Below, in pieces: positions 1 to 8,769 of a DNA stretch of 49,051 bases. The position numbers and the translations under genes were made by a program. Location of the stretch: assembly GCA_900321785.1 (NCBI GenBank), contig ONXK01000003.1:1-49051 (forward strand), read 5' to 3'. Source of the stretch: an uncultured Lachnospiraceae bacterium (GTDB lineage Bacteria; Bacillota; Clostridia; Lachnospirales; Lachnospiraceae). Numbering within the stretch: the first letter of the stretch is position 1; the number at the start of each line of letters is the position of its first letter. Below the pieces are notes generated by a model, which was not told the origin of the DNA, made no database searches, and saw nothing but the letters and a program-made list of their open reading frames with translations.

Positions 1-1
1 T

Positions 2-463
2 GAGATCTCCCATGCTTTTGATACTTCCGGAAGGCAGTACGATGAACAGGGCAATCTCAGCAACTGGTGGACAGAGGACGACTACCGCAAATTCCACCAA
101 CGCGCGCAAAAGCTTGTAGACTACTACAACGGGTTTGAGCCCATCCCGAATTATCCTGTCAACGGTGCCATGCTCGACACAGAAGCGATCGCAGACCTGA
201 CCGGCGTCAAATGCATGCTCCGCATCGCAGCCGATGAAGAAAACTTCGATTACGACCGTTTCTTCCGCACACTGGCATCCAACTGGCGGTGCCTGACGAC
301 CCTGGAGACGGAAGCGTTCTCCATCGAGCAGGACGCCCACCCTCTCGCCTATCTGCGCACAAACGCGGTTGTCGTGCAGTTTGAAGAGTTCCACAAGACC
401 TACGGCACCAAAGAAGGGGACGGCATGTATCTGGCCCCTGAATACCGTCTGGAGATCTGGTGA
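2..463 (+). CDS. M13 family (neprilysin/PepO-like) zinc endopeptidase, C-terminal part (5'-truncated by the window)
   Basis: Frame 2 reads (H)EISHAFDTSGRQYDEQGNLSNWW...EAIAD...DAHP..LRTN...YLAPEYRLEIW: the HExxH end, ExxxD and C-terminal IW typical of M13. Confidence 0.9.
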   Translation, partial: EISHAFDTSGRQYDEQGNLSNWWTEDDYRKFHQRAQKLVDYYNGFEPIPNYPVNGAMLDTEAIADLTGVKCMLRIAADEENFDYDRFFRTLASNWRCLTTLETEAFSIEQDAHPLAYLRTNAVVVQFEEFHKTYGTKEGDGMYLAPEYRLEIW

Positions 464-551
464 TCCTTCCTGATACGGTGATGCTTTCATGCATGGTGGT
501 CCATTTATGATACGGTGATCCTTTCCCGGCATGGTGACACTGTCATGACAG
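459..551. repeat. Imperfect tandem repeat, 5 units of 18-19 nt starting GGTG
   Basis: Units start at 459, 477, 495, 514 and 533 (ggtgatccttcctgatac / ggtgatgctttcatgcat / ggtggtccatttatgatac / ggtgatcctttcccggcat / ggtgacactgtcatgacag). Confidence 0.55.
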
Positions 552-572
552 AAAGCTGCAAACGTCAAAAGC

Positions 573-619
573 AAAAAAGGTACAGGACAGTTTTTATACC
601 GGCTGTCCTGTACCTTTTT
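573..619. terminator. Bidirectional intrinsic terminator between the convergent peptidase and trpA
   Basis: aaaaaaggtacaggacag-loop-ctgtcctgtaccttttt inverted repeat with A/T tracts on both sides. Confidence 0.85.
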
Positions 620-684
620 CTTATTGACTCAATATTCTCTTCTTATCTTTTTCCGGTCTTTATTATCTTCGTATTATCCTTTTC

Positions 685-1497
685 TTATCGGATTTCCTCT
701 TTGCCTCTTTCATCTGTCTCACGGATTGCGTCTTTCATCTGTTTCACATATTCGCTTATAAAAGGAGCCGAATCTTTTCCGTGTTCCGCGATCATGCGGA
801 CAATGGCGCTGCCGACAATGACGCCGTCGGCCAGCTGTGCCATCTGCGCTGCCTGTTCCGGTGTATTGATCCCGAATCCAATGCCTGCAGGGATATCCGA
901 CGCTGCACGGATGGCCGTCAGAATGGATTTGAGGTCTGTCCGGATCTCCGAACGGACACCTGTGACGCCCATGGAAGAGACAACGTAGAGGAAGCCGCGG
1001 GCCTCCTTTGCGATGGCCATGATCCGGTCCTCGGAAGTCGGAGCGATCATGGAGATCACATCCACGCCATGGGCGGCCGCAATGTCCACGCACTCATCTT
1101 TTTCTTCAAAAGGAAGATCGGGAATGATGACGCCGCTGATCCCGACTTCTTCACATCTGGCAAAAAAGCGCTCATACCCGTAGTAGAAAACAGGGTTCAG
1201 GTAGCCCATGAACACGAGAGGCATGTCCGTCTCCTCCCGCAGTTCTTCAACCATCTTGAAGATTTTATCCGTCGTGGTTCCCGAGGCAAGGGCACGGATA
1301 TCCGCCTCCTGGATCACAACGCCCTCTGCAATGGGATCTGAAAAGGGAATGCCGATCTCAATGAGGTCAGCACCCGCCTTTTCCATTGCAAGGATAAATG
1401 AACGGGTCGACTCCAGATCCGGATCGCCGGCCGTAATAAATGGGATAAAGGCCTTTCCATTTGCAAAGGCATCCCGGATAGTTTTCGCTTTTTTCAT
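685..1497 (-). CDS. trpA: Tryptophan synthase alpha subunit
   Basis: FITAGDP, IEIGIPFSDPIAEG, GVTG, GFGI and DGVIVGSA motifs; ATG at 1497 with GGAGG 5 nt upstream. Confidence 0.97.
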   Translation of the reverse strand: MKKAKTIRDAFANGKAFIPFITAGDPDLESTRSFILAMEKAGADLIEIGIPFSDPIAEGVVIQEADIRALASGTTTDKIFKMVEELREETDMPLVFMGYLNPVFYYGYERFFARCEEVGISGVIIPDLPFEEKDECVDIAAAHGVDVISMIAPTSEDRIMAIAKEARGFLYVVSSMGVTGVRSEIRTDLKSILTAIRAASDIPAGIGFGINTPEQAAQMAQLADGVIVGSAIVRMIAEHGKDSAPFISEYVKQMKDAIRETDERGKEEIR

Positions 1498-1502
1498 TCT
1501 TT

Positions 1503-1632
1503 CCTCCATGTCGAAGCGCTCCTGCGCTGAGACACCCGAGGAGAAAGCCCGGAACGGGTTTCTCCGATGGGATCCGCGGAGCTTTGGGCCGTTTCCCGGC
1601 ACAAACCTCTGCTGCTGTTTCCAAAGCTCTGC
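1503..1632. repeat. Dispersed three-hairpin element, copy A (trpB-trpA spacer)
   Basis: The 33-nt block at 1503-1535 equals 20775-20806 except for one indel; 1559-1574 matches 20862-20877 at 15/16; three stem-loops. Confidence 0.8.
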
Positions 1633-1647
1633 TGCAGCAAGCTTTCT

Positions 1648-2724
1648 TTACTCGTGCAGGTCAATGCCGCGGTAGCGGGCGATTGCCGCCACATCCTTGT
1701 CTCCCCGGCCGGAGAGGCAGATGATGACACTCTCGTCCCTGCTCATGTGCGGAACGATTTTGCGGGCTTGTGCGACTGCGTGAGCGCTCTCAATGGCGCA
1801 GATGATACCTTCTGTGCGTGCAAGGTATTCGAAAGCGGAGACGGCCTCCTCGTCGGTCACAGGGACATATTGGGCGCGCCCTGTATCGTGCAGCCATGCG
1901 TGCTCGGGGCCGATGCCGGGATAATCAAGGCCTGCGGAAATCGAATAGACCTCTTCGATCTGCCCGTACTCGTTCTGGCAGAAATAGGACTTCATGCCGA
2001 AGTGATAGAACATGCCCATTGCGTTGCTGCCGCCCCCCACGCAGGCGAGCACTGCAGCCGGAAGCTTCCCGTCCATCTCCAGGATCTGAGCCCTGGCCTC
2101 CTTTGAGATTACAGACTGGAAATCTCTGACAATCGTGGGGAAAGGGTGGGGCCCCATGACAGAGCCCAGGACGTAATGAGTATCATCCACACGTCCGGCC
2201 CATTCGCGCATGGTCTCATTGACAGCATCTTTGAGGACTCTGGAACCGCTCTCCACCGGATGCACTCTGGCGCCCAGAAGTTCCATGCGATAGACATTGA
2301 GCCTCTGACGTTCGCAGTCGATCGCGCCCATAAAGACTTCACATTCCATACCAAGGAGAGCCGCGGCGGTCGCCGCTGCCACACCGTGCTGTCCGGCGCC
2401 CGTCTCGGCGATGACGCGGGTCTTCCCCATTTTTTTCGCCAGCAGGACCTGGCCAAGTACATTGTTGATCTTGTGGGATCCTGTGTGATTGAGGTCTTCA
2501 CGCTTGATAAATACCTTCGCCCCTCCCAGATCTTCTGTCATTTTTTCGGCGTAATACAGCAGAGAGGGACGTCCCGCGTAATGATTCAAAAGAGAGGTCA
2601 GCTCCCCGACAAATGCAGGATCGTTTTTGTAATACTCATACGCCTCCTCCAGGCGGATCAGTTCATTCATCAGGGTTTCGGGGACATACTGTCCGCCAAA
2701 GTCTCCAAATCTTCCTTTTTTCAC
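1648..2724 (-). CDS. trpB: Tryptophan synthase beta subunit with an in-frame internal deletion of about 36 aa (possibly non-functional or an assembly artefact)
   Basis: [15 protein letters not shown] (PLP lysine), [23 protein letters not shown] and LSGRGDKD are present; only 358 aa because FYHF joins directly to GMKSY. Confidence 0.93.
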   Translation of the reverse strand: MKKGRFGDFGGQYVPETLMNELIRLEEAYEYYKNDPAFVGELTSLLNHYAGRPSLLYYAEKMTEDLGGAKVFIKREDLNHTGSHKINNVLGQVLLAKKMGKTRVIAETGAGQHGVAAATAAALLGMECEVFMGAIDCERQRLNVYRMELLGARVHPVESGSRVLKDAVNETMREWAGRVDDTHYVLGSVMGPHPFPTIVRDFQSVISKEARAQILEMDGKLPAAVLACVGGGSNAMGMFYHFGMKSYFCQNEYGQIEEVYSISAGLDYPGIGPEHAWLHDTGRAQYVPVTDEEAVSAFEYLARTEGIICAIESAHAVAQARKIVPHMSRDESVIICLSGRGDKDVAAIARYRGIDLHE

Positions 2725-2755
2725 TTCCCGGCCTCCTATTGTTTTTTATGTTCTT

Positions 2756-3430
2756 TTACTGTCTTGCAGCCGCAAGAAAGGCTGCCATTTTTGCCGGATC
2801 TTTCCATCCGCCCGTCTCTACTTTGCTGCTGACATCCACTCCGTCAGGATGAAAGCGCTGAACAGCCGCCGACACATTTTCCGCTGTCAGCCCCCCGGCC
2901 AGAATCCATCGATGTCCTCCGGGAAAGAGGGATCGGTCGTGTTCCGCCGCCTGGGCCTTCAGAAATCTGTCCAGCAGATTCCAGTCAAAACACCTGCCTG
3001 TGCCGGAACCGCTGTCAAGCAGGACCCAGGGGGCAGAACTGGCGGCGGCCGCGGCAAGATCCTCTGTCCCGCCGATCCGGAAAGCCTTGATCACAGGAAG
3101 CCCGGTCAGAGCTGTAATTTCCCGGATATAGGTCTCGTCCTCGCTCCCGTGAAGCTGGATCATACTGATACAGCCCGCATCTGCCGCCCGCACGATCTCC
3201 GCATATGAAGCATCTGCGAAGACTCCGACTGTACCGATCTGTGGAGAAAGAATCCGTCGAAGGGTCTTTGCTTTTTCGATATCTATGGATCTTCTATAAC
3301 CCGGTGAAAGGATAAAGCCTGCCAGATCCGGCTGCAGAAAGCCGGCTGCCTCCGCATCCTCCCGCCGTCGAAGACCGCAGATTTTCACGATCGGCCTGTT
3401 AGTCGGCCTGTTTTCTTTTTTCACGTGCAT
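2756..3430 (-). CDS. trpF: Phosphoribosylanthranilate isomerase
   Basis: VKICGL, GVF, QLHG.E, LLDS..G.G..FDW, LAGGL..ENV and GVDVSS.VE motifs; position in the trp operon. Confidence 0.95.
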   Translation of the reverse strand: MHVKKENRPTNRPIVKICGLRRREDAEAAGFLQPDLAGFILSPGYRRSIDIEKAKTLRRILSPQIGTVGVFADASYAEIVRAADAGCISMIQLHGSEDETYIREITALTGLPVIKAFRIGGTEDLAAAAASSAPWVLLDSGSGTGRCFDWNLLDRFLKAQAAEHDRSLFPGGHRWILAGGLTAENVSAAVQRFHPDGVDVSSKVETGGWKDPAKMAAFLAAARQ

Positions 3431-3445
3431 TTCATCTTCTCCGTT

Positions 3446-4258
3446 TTATCGGGACTGCAGGCAGCTGCCAGCAAGTTCCCTGAGGAAAGCGCCCTTGTCG
3501 GGGCTGCGCATCAGTGTCTCGCCGATGAGAACGGCATTTGTCCCCCTGCGGCAAAGAAGACCGACGTCCTGCGCATTGCGGATACCGCTCTCCGATACAA
3601 AAATGCGGTCTTCAGGAACCAGGCTGCGCAGGCGGACGGAATTATTGATATCTACGGTAAAGTCCCGCAGATCCCTGTTGTTGACACCGATGATACGGGC
3701 TCCCGCGGCAAGTGCCCGCCCGACTTCTTTCTCATCGTGGGCCTCCACCAGAGCGGAAAGCCCCAGGGAATGCGCGAGCTGCAGATACTCCGCAAGCTGC
3801 GCATCATCCAGGATCGCGCATATCAGAAGGACTGCAGAGGCACCCAGCAGTTTTGCCTCATAGATCATATAGGGATCCACGGTAAAATCCTTGCGCAGGC
3901 AGGGAATACAGACAGCCGCCGTGATTTCCTGCAGAAAGCGGTCCTCCCCGCGAAACCATTTTGGCTCAGTGAGAACGGAAATGGCAGAAGCGCCCGCCGC
4001 CTCATAGGAACGTGCAATGTCCAGATATGGGAAATCCGGCGCGATCAGCCCCCTGGAAGGAGACGCCTTTTTACATTCACAGATAAAATGGATCCCTTCC
4101 CCGGACAGCGCTTTTTCAAATGGAAATTCCAGTGTGCCGGCTGCAGCCCCGCAGACGGCAAATGCCTTTTCCTGTATTTCTTCGAGCGGGTGTTTTTTCT
4201 TTTTTTCCGCCACTCTTTCCATGGCATGCTCTGCCAGGCGGTCCAGAATCGTCCCCAT
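3446..4258 (-). CDS. trpC: Indole-3-glycerol phosphate synthase
   Basis: ICECKKASPSRG, AISVLTEP, LRKDF, IGVNNRDL and VSESGI motifs. Confidence 0.96.
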   Translation of the reverse strand: MGTILDRLAEHAMERVAEKKKKHPLEEIQEKAFAVCGAAAGTLEFPFEKALSGEGIHFICECKKASPSRGLIAPDFPYLDIARSYEAAGASAISVLTEPKWFRGEDRFLQEITAAVCIPCLRKDFTVDPYMIYEAKLLGASAVLLICAILDDAQLAEYLQLAHSLGLSALVEAHDEKEVGRALAAGARIIGVNNRDLRDFTVDINNSVRLRSLVPEDRIFVSESGIRNAQDVGLLCRRGTNAVLIGETLMRSPDKGAFLRELAGSCLQSR

Positions 4259-4321
4259 GTCTTTTACCTCTCATGGTGTTACAGCCTCACTTTTACTTTG
4301 CATCACAAGAGCTGTGTGTGG

Positions 4322-5350
4322 TCAGGCTGCCTGATTGGAAGCCCTGATCAGAGCGTCAAGTGTGGCAATGGCCCTGCCGCTGTCGATCATCTCCTGCGCC
4401 AGTTTGACGCCCTCCCCGATGGAAGATACCGCATTGGCGGCAAAGAGGGCACACCCTGCGTTGAGGAGGACCGAAGTACGTCGGGCGTCCCTGATCTCAC
4501 CGGAAAGAATGGCACGGGTCGTCTGTGCATTTTCCGCAGGGGTACCGCCGGTCAGGTCCTCCTTATTGCCTCTGGTAAGCCCGAAGTCCTCCGGGCAGAT
4601 CGTGGTCGTCCTGTAAAAGCCGTCCTTCAGCTCGCATACAGTCGTTGGCGCAGAGGCAGAAACCTCGTCCATTTTGTCCTGCCCGTAAACCACAAGGGCA
4701 TGACTGACGCCAAGAGAAGCCAGGACCTTGGCGACCGGTTCCACAAGATATTCATCATAGACACCCAGAAGGAAATATTCCGGTCTTGCAGGATTGGTGA
4801 GCGGCCCCAGAATATTGAACACCGTCCTGAAGCCCAGCTCCCTCCGTATGGCACCCACATACTTCATTGCCAGATGATATTTCTGGGCAAACATGAAACA
4901 GAAGCCGACTTCATCCAGAAGCTTTCTGCACATGTCGGGGTCCTGCTGAATATTGACCCCCAGGGCTTCGAGGCAGTCTGCTGTTCCGCTCTGTGAGGAG
5001 GCCGCACGGTTTCCGTGCTTGGCAACCTTTACACCGGCCGCCGTGACCACCATCGCGGATGTTGTGGAAATATTGAAGGTATTGGCGTTATCACCGCCGG
5101 TACCGACAATCTCCAGTACGTCCATCCCGGGATGTTCGACAGGGGTTGCATGGCTCCGCATGGAAACAGCGCAGCCGGAAATCTCATCGATGGTCTCTGC
5201 CTTGGTACTCTTGGTCGAGAGTGCCGACAAAAATGCTGCATTCTGGGTGGGCGTCGTCTCTCCGTTCATGATCTCGTTCATGACGGTCTTTGCCTCCTCG
5301 AAAGACAGGTCCTGCTTTGTGACAATTTTAATGATGGCTTCTTTGATCAT
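4322..5350 (-). CDS. trpD: Anthranilate phosphoribosyltransferase
   Basis: [25 protein letters not shown] and [13 protein letters not shown] motifs; AGGAG RBS. Confidence 0.97.
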   Translation of the reverse strand: MIKEAIIKIVTKQDLSFEEAKTVMNEIMNGETTPTQNAAFLSALSTKSTKAETIDEISGCAVSMRSHATPVEHPGMDVLEIVGTGGDNANTFNISTTSAMVVTAAGVKVAKHGNRAASSQSGTADCLEALGVNIQQDPDMCRKLLDEVGFCFMFAQKYHLAMKYVGAIRRELGFRTVFNILGPLTNPARPEYFLLGVYDEYLVEPVAKVLASLGVSHALVVYGQDKMDEVSASAPTTVCELKDGFYRTTTICPEDFGLTRGNKEDLTGGTPAENAQTTRAILSGEIRDARRTSVLLNAGCALFAANAVSSIGEGVKLAQEMIDSGRAIATLDALIRASNQAA

Positions 5351-5474
5351 TATGCTGCTCCTTTCTGATCATTCGTTTATTACGCAGCTCTTGTCCGAAG
5401 ACAGGGTACTGCGCGATATGGAGGAAGCGATTTGCTGCGCCAATATCCCATGGATGATGTCACGGACAGTGAGC

Positions 5475-5950
5475 AATGAAAATGCAAGTCCCCGGCAGAG
5501 CGAGCCTGTACAGACTCATTCTGCCGGGGACGAACATCTTTTATTGCATGATATCCGCGGTACCACCCCGCTTCGCGCACTCAAAAGCTTTGCATAAAAA
5601 AATCCCTGATGATCAGGGAACTGCTATCACAAAGGCCCTCTCTGCACAGATTTTCCCTTCAAATAGAAAAGAAATCCTGCCCGCAGGGGGTTCCGGACGA
5701 GCGCGCGCTCTTTAAGGAATTCCAGCAAATTCCCGGCAACTGACGTATGCCCTCACGTCGTGTCATACTCGGCGGCTTTTCCGGCTCTTCTTCAGGCGCA
5801 GTCCCAGACAGACTGCAGAAAAGCTTTCATAACAAACACCTTTAAACACGCCCTCCGCGGACCATTATTCGTGTCAGCATACCGTCCGGCTCTCACCTGC
5901 CCGGACTCTCTGTGGGTGCCCCTCACGTTTTACTTCCGCATCAACGGTTT
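5475..5950 (-). ncRNA. Tryptophan T-box riboswitch leader (transcriptional)
   Basis: Minus strand: stem I with GAAGUA loop-E motif, AGAGAG box, GGUG distal loop and specifier UGG (5862-5864); T-box GGGUGGUACCGCGG within 5555-5569; terminator stem 5488-5531; lies upstream of trpD. Confidence 0.9.
5488..5531 (-). terminator. T-box regulated terminator hairpin
   Basis: gtccccggcaga...tctgccggggac 12-bp stem overlapping the 3' arm of the antiterminator; interrupted U-tract (ttgcatttt). Confidence 0.75.
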
Positions 5951-5975
5951 ATTAATCTTATTTAATTTTTAATAC

Positions 5976-6004
5976 ATTTAAACGTAAACTCAACGCTTTG
6001 TCAA
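5976..6004 (-). promoter_or_regulatory. Putative sigma-A promoter of the trp leader
   Basis: TTGACA (5999-6004), 17 nt, then TTAAAT, just upstream of T-box stem I; the -10 match is imperfect. Confidence 0.5.
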
Positions 6005-6019
6005 GCGCAAATTCACAAA

Positions 6020-6051
6020 TTTCCGATTTTTATAATTTTCGATTTTTATAA
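6020..6051. repeat. 16-bp tandem direct repeat (2 copies)
   Basis: tttccgatttttataa / ttttcgatttttataa, 15/16 identical. Confidence 0.7.
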
Positions 6052-6222
6052 ATTCTCAGATTTCCGGATTTCATGCAGATTCTTTCATGCAGACTGTGCC
6101 CGGAAAAACATGCCTGTCTTTCCGGGCACCTGGCAGAGGCCATCTGCGGGGGACAATACATACAGGTCCCTCAGGAATTCCGGTTTTCGAAGTGCTGTGG
6201 CATTCGCCGGTTTTACAACCTT

Positions 6223-6636
6223 TTACAGGTCCTTCAGGGTCACCAGCTGATAGACATGATAGCCCAGCTGGATCGGTGCAGGCAGGAGCAGATCCGCTGC
6301 AGTCTCGGCGATCACCTTGCAGCGAAGTTTTCTCTTTACTGCCGGGCTGAGTTTCCTGCGGGCAAGTTCTTCGCTGCCGATGCTGTCCTCAAGATTTTTT
6401 GCGAACATTTTGACGTTCTGAAACTGCAGTTCGCGCAGTCTCCTGACGATGCTCTCCTTATCGCCCTTGTAGGAAAATGCAATCCCGCCGGAAGAAGGAT
6501 AGAGCTTAATACAGGAAATACCTTTGAGATTGCTGAGGGCATACTCCAGTACCTCCGCCTCCGCTGCGCTGAAGCGGCCTCTGCGAAGATGCAGACGCAG
6601 ATAGGATGCAGTCTGATGCTGAATCACGAAGTCCAT
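6223..6636 (-). CDS. Small HMA2-like protein resembling the N-terminal region of Clostridial heavy-metal P1B ATPases
   Basis: MDFVIQHQ..YLRLHL...LKGISCIKLY...IAFSY..D...I...L pattern; GGGGG RBS 7 nt before the ATG at 6636; no ATPase domains follow. Confidence 0.55.
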   Translation of the reverse strand: MDFVIQHQTASYLRLHLRRGRFSAAEAEVLEYALSNLKGISCIKLYPSSGGIAFSYKGDKESIVRRLRELQFQNVKMFAKNLEDSIGSEELARRKLSPAVKRKLRCKVIAETAADLLLPAPIQLGYHVYQLVTLKDL

Positions 6637-6663
6637 AGGCATTCCCCCTGATCTGATAGAACC

Positions 6664-7062
6664 TTATTTTGCGCCCTTTGCGTTTGCCTTGGCTTCAAAA
6701 CGGGCACGGTCGACGATTGCGCGCTGGTGAGTTCCCTCGCCGATGAGCCCGGCCTCATCATAGCAGGTCGCCTTAAAGGTCATGACCTTGCCGTTGGGCG
6801 CCACTTCTGTGAGTTCGGTCTCGATGCGGACTTCCATGCCCAGAGGTGTGGCGGCGACGTGGGAGACGCTGATGGCCATACCGACGGTAGTCTTGCCCTC
6901 TTCCAGCTCGGGCTGTACGGACATAGCGGCTGTATTCTCGATCTCGGCGATCATGGACGGTGTGCCAAATACATTGACAAGGCCGCTTCCGGCTCTGGAA
7001 GCCAGCATATCCTCGTTGACGACAAACTTCTTCTCACCCTTGATTCCTGCAGTAATAGCCAT
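6664..7062 (-). CDS. Hot-dog fold thioesterase, fluoroacetyl-CoA thioesterase (FlK)-like
   Basis: GSG.V.VFGTP.MIA.IE, TTVG....VSH.AATP.G and IGEGTHQRAIV motifs with the Thr/Glu/His triad; AGGAGG RBS. Confidence 0.85.
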   Translation of the reverse strand: MAITAGIKGEKKFVVNEDMLASRAGSGLVNVFGTPSMIAEIENTAAMSVQPELEEGKTTVGMAISVSHVAATPLGMEVRIETELTEVAPNGKVMTFKATCYDEAGLIGEGTHQRAIVDRARFEAKANAKGAK

Positions 7063-7175
7063 TCTTTTTTCCTCCTGTTGATAGATCTTTATACAGCTGA
7101 GCCCTTATAAAAAGGGGGTTCATGATTCCTTTTTTTATTCAGTTCAAAGACGATCGGATCTGAAAAACATTTTTA

Positions 7176-8162
7176 TCAGATCACATAATACCAGGTGTCG
7201 TCCGGTTTGGACTCTTCCATATCCTCGACCGGTTCCGGAGTGCCGTGCAGCTCGAAATCTTCGTCCCCGTTGCGGATAATGAGTTCCTGGGTCTTGACGC
7301 TGATCCGGGTGCCGGGCCTTACGGAGCTTGTGATGAAGACGTTGGATCCGATGACCGAACCCTCGCCGATGATCGTATCGCCGCCCAGGATCGAGGCACC
7401 GGCGTAGATGGTGACGTTGTCCTCGATAGTAGGATGACGTTTGGCGCCGCGCAGGCGCTGACCGCCGCGGGTCGAAAGCGCACCGATGGTGACGCCCTGG
7501 TAGACCTTGACGTGCTTTCCGATGATCGAGGTCTCACCGACGACGATGCCTGTGCCGTGGTCCATGAAAAAGTACTCGCCGATAGTCGCGCCGGGATGGA
7601 TATCGATTCCGGTCTTGCTGTGAGCATACTCCGTCATCATCCTGGGGATGAGCGGGACGCCCAGAAGGAAGAGCTCGTGGGCCAGTCGGTTGATGGTGCT
7701 GGCCAGGAGTCCGGGATAGCACAGGACGATCTCATCTTTGCTGAAAGCGGCGGGATCTCCCTCATAGGAGGCCTGCATATCCGTGTTTACCAGTGCCCTG
7801 ATATGAGGGATCCTGTCCAGGAAATCGATCGCCAGTTCCTCAGCCGACATGCGGAGCTCGAAGTCGGTCTCTGCCGCGTACTCCTCCTTGAAACGGAGGG
7901 CAATGGCGATCTGCTTCTGCAGGTTGTAGATGACGTCCTCGATCACCACCGCGATCCGGCTGTCATAATTGTAGCTCCTGAATTCCCTGGGCCTGTAATA
8001 GCCGGGAAACAGAATGTTGAGGAGCTTATTGACAATGTCGATGACCGCCTCGCTGTCGGGCTGGTTAAAGACATTCATGTTATCTATATCGCGGCCGTTC
8101 TGGTAATCCTGCAGGATCCGGTTGGTCACGCTCTGAATGCGGTTGCTGATATCTTTCCTCAT
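7176..8162 (-). CDS. cysE: Serine O-acetyltransferase (EpsC/CysE long form)
   Basis: GDPAA, YPG, TGIDIHPGATIG, DHGTGIVVGET, KRHPTIEDNVTIYAGASILGG hexapeptide repeats. Confidence 0.92.
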   Translation of the reverse strand: MRKDISNRIQSVTNRILQDYQNGRDIDNMNVFNQPDSEAVIDIVNKLLNILFPGYYRPREFRSYNYDSRIAVVIEDVIYNLQKQIAIALRFKEEYAAETDFELRMSAEELAIDFLDRIPHIRALVNTDMQASYEGDPAAFSKDEIVLCYPGLLASTINRLAHELFLLGVPLIPRMMTEYAHSKTGIDIHPGATIGEYFFMDHGTGIVVGETSIIGKHVKVYQGVTIGALSTRGGQRLRGAKRHPTIEDNVTIYAGASILGGDTIIGEGSVIGSNVFITSSVRPGTRISVKTQELIIRNGDEDFELHGTPEPVEDMEESKPDDTWYYVI

Positions 8163-8263
8163 ATCTTTTATCCTCACTTTATCACTGGAACAGGGCATCG
8201 GCGAAGAGGATTCGCCGCCTCTAACAAATATACCATATTCCTTCAGAAGACGCTATAGGGGAT

Positions 8264-8298
8264 AAAAAACCCGCAGAAATGCTCGATTTCTGCGGGTT
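8264..8298 (-). terminator. Intrinsic terminator of rplM-rpsI
   Basis: aacccgcagaaat-cgagc-atttctgcgggtt followed by a T run on the minus strand. Confidence 0.88.
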
Positions 8299-8373
8299 CT
8301 GTGTGTGTGATCTTTGAAAAATATGCGATTCTTTGTAAGATGATGGGATATTTGTAACTGCAGTCTCGTGAGA

Positions 8374-8769
8374 TCAGCGCTTGGAGAACTGAGGAGCGCG
8401 GCGAGCGCCTTTGAGACCGTATTTCTTTCTCTCCTTCATACGAGGGTCACGGGTCAGGAAACCGGCCTTTTTGAGAACGGGACGAAGGTCCGCGTCTGCC
8501 TCGATGAGGGCACGGGAGATGCCGTGACGGATTGCGCCTGCCTGGCCGGTTGTGCCGCCGCCCTTGACAGTGATCTTGTAGTCATACTGACCGGTTGTGC
8601 CGGTGAGAACGATAGGCTGGTTGACGATAACCTTGAGGGTCTCAAGTCCGAAATAGTCATCCAGGCTTCTGCCGTTGATAGTCATATTGCCGGTGCCGGG
8701 TGTAATGAAAACACGGGCAACAGAGGATTTCCTTCTGCCGGTTCCATAATATGTCGCTTCTTTAGCCAT
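8374..8769 (-). CDS. rpsI: 30S ribosomal protein S9
   Basis: [26 protein letters not shown] and [19 protein letters not shown]. Confidence 0.99.
   Translation of the reverse strand: MAKEATYYGTGRRKSSVARVFITPGTGNMTINGRSLDDYFGLETLKVIVNQPIVLTGTTGQYDYKITVKGGGTTGQAGAIRHGISRALIEADADLRPVLKKAGFLTRDPRMKERKKYGLKGARRAPQFSKR

Noticed and set aside
459-551. Possible CRISPR array
   Set aside because: The units are short, degenerate and contiguous, with no unique spacers and no cas genes.
621-690. Recurrent ttatc words after the trpA stop
   Set aside because: Low-complexity pyrimidine-rich 3' UTR with irregular spacing.
1321-1345. TrpA DPIAEG instead of enterobacterial DPLADG (catalytic Asp to Glu)
   Set aside because: To my recollection this variant is common in Clostridial TrpA, so it is not evidence of inactivation.
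1510-1575. Hammerhead or other known self-cleaving ribozyme in the three-hairpin element
   Set aside because: I could not place a CUGANGA...GAAA core in the right stem context on either strand; a formal Infernal search is still advisable.
1498-1602. N-terminal extensions in the ORF track (trpA, and likewise rpmD, rplQ, rpsD, rplC, rpsJ, rpsS, putP, secY)
   Set aside because: SD positions and homology place the true starts downstream; the trpA and rpmD extensions are read-through of the hairpin element.
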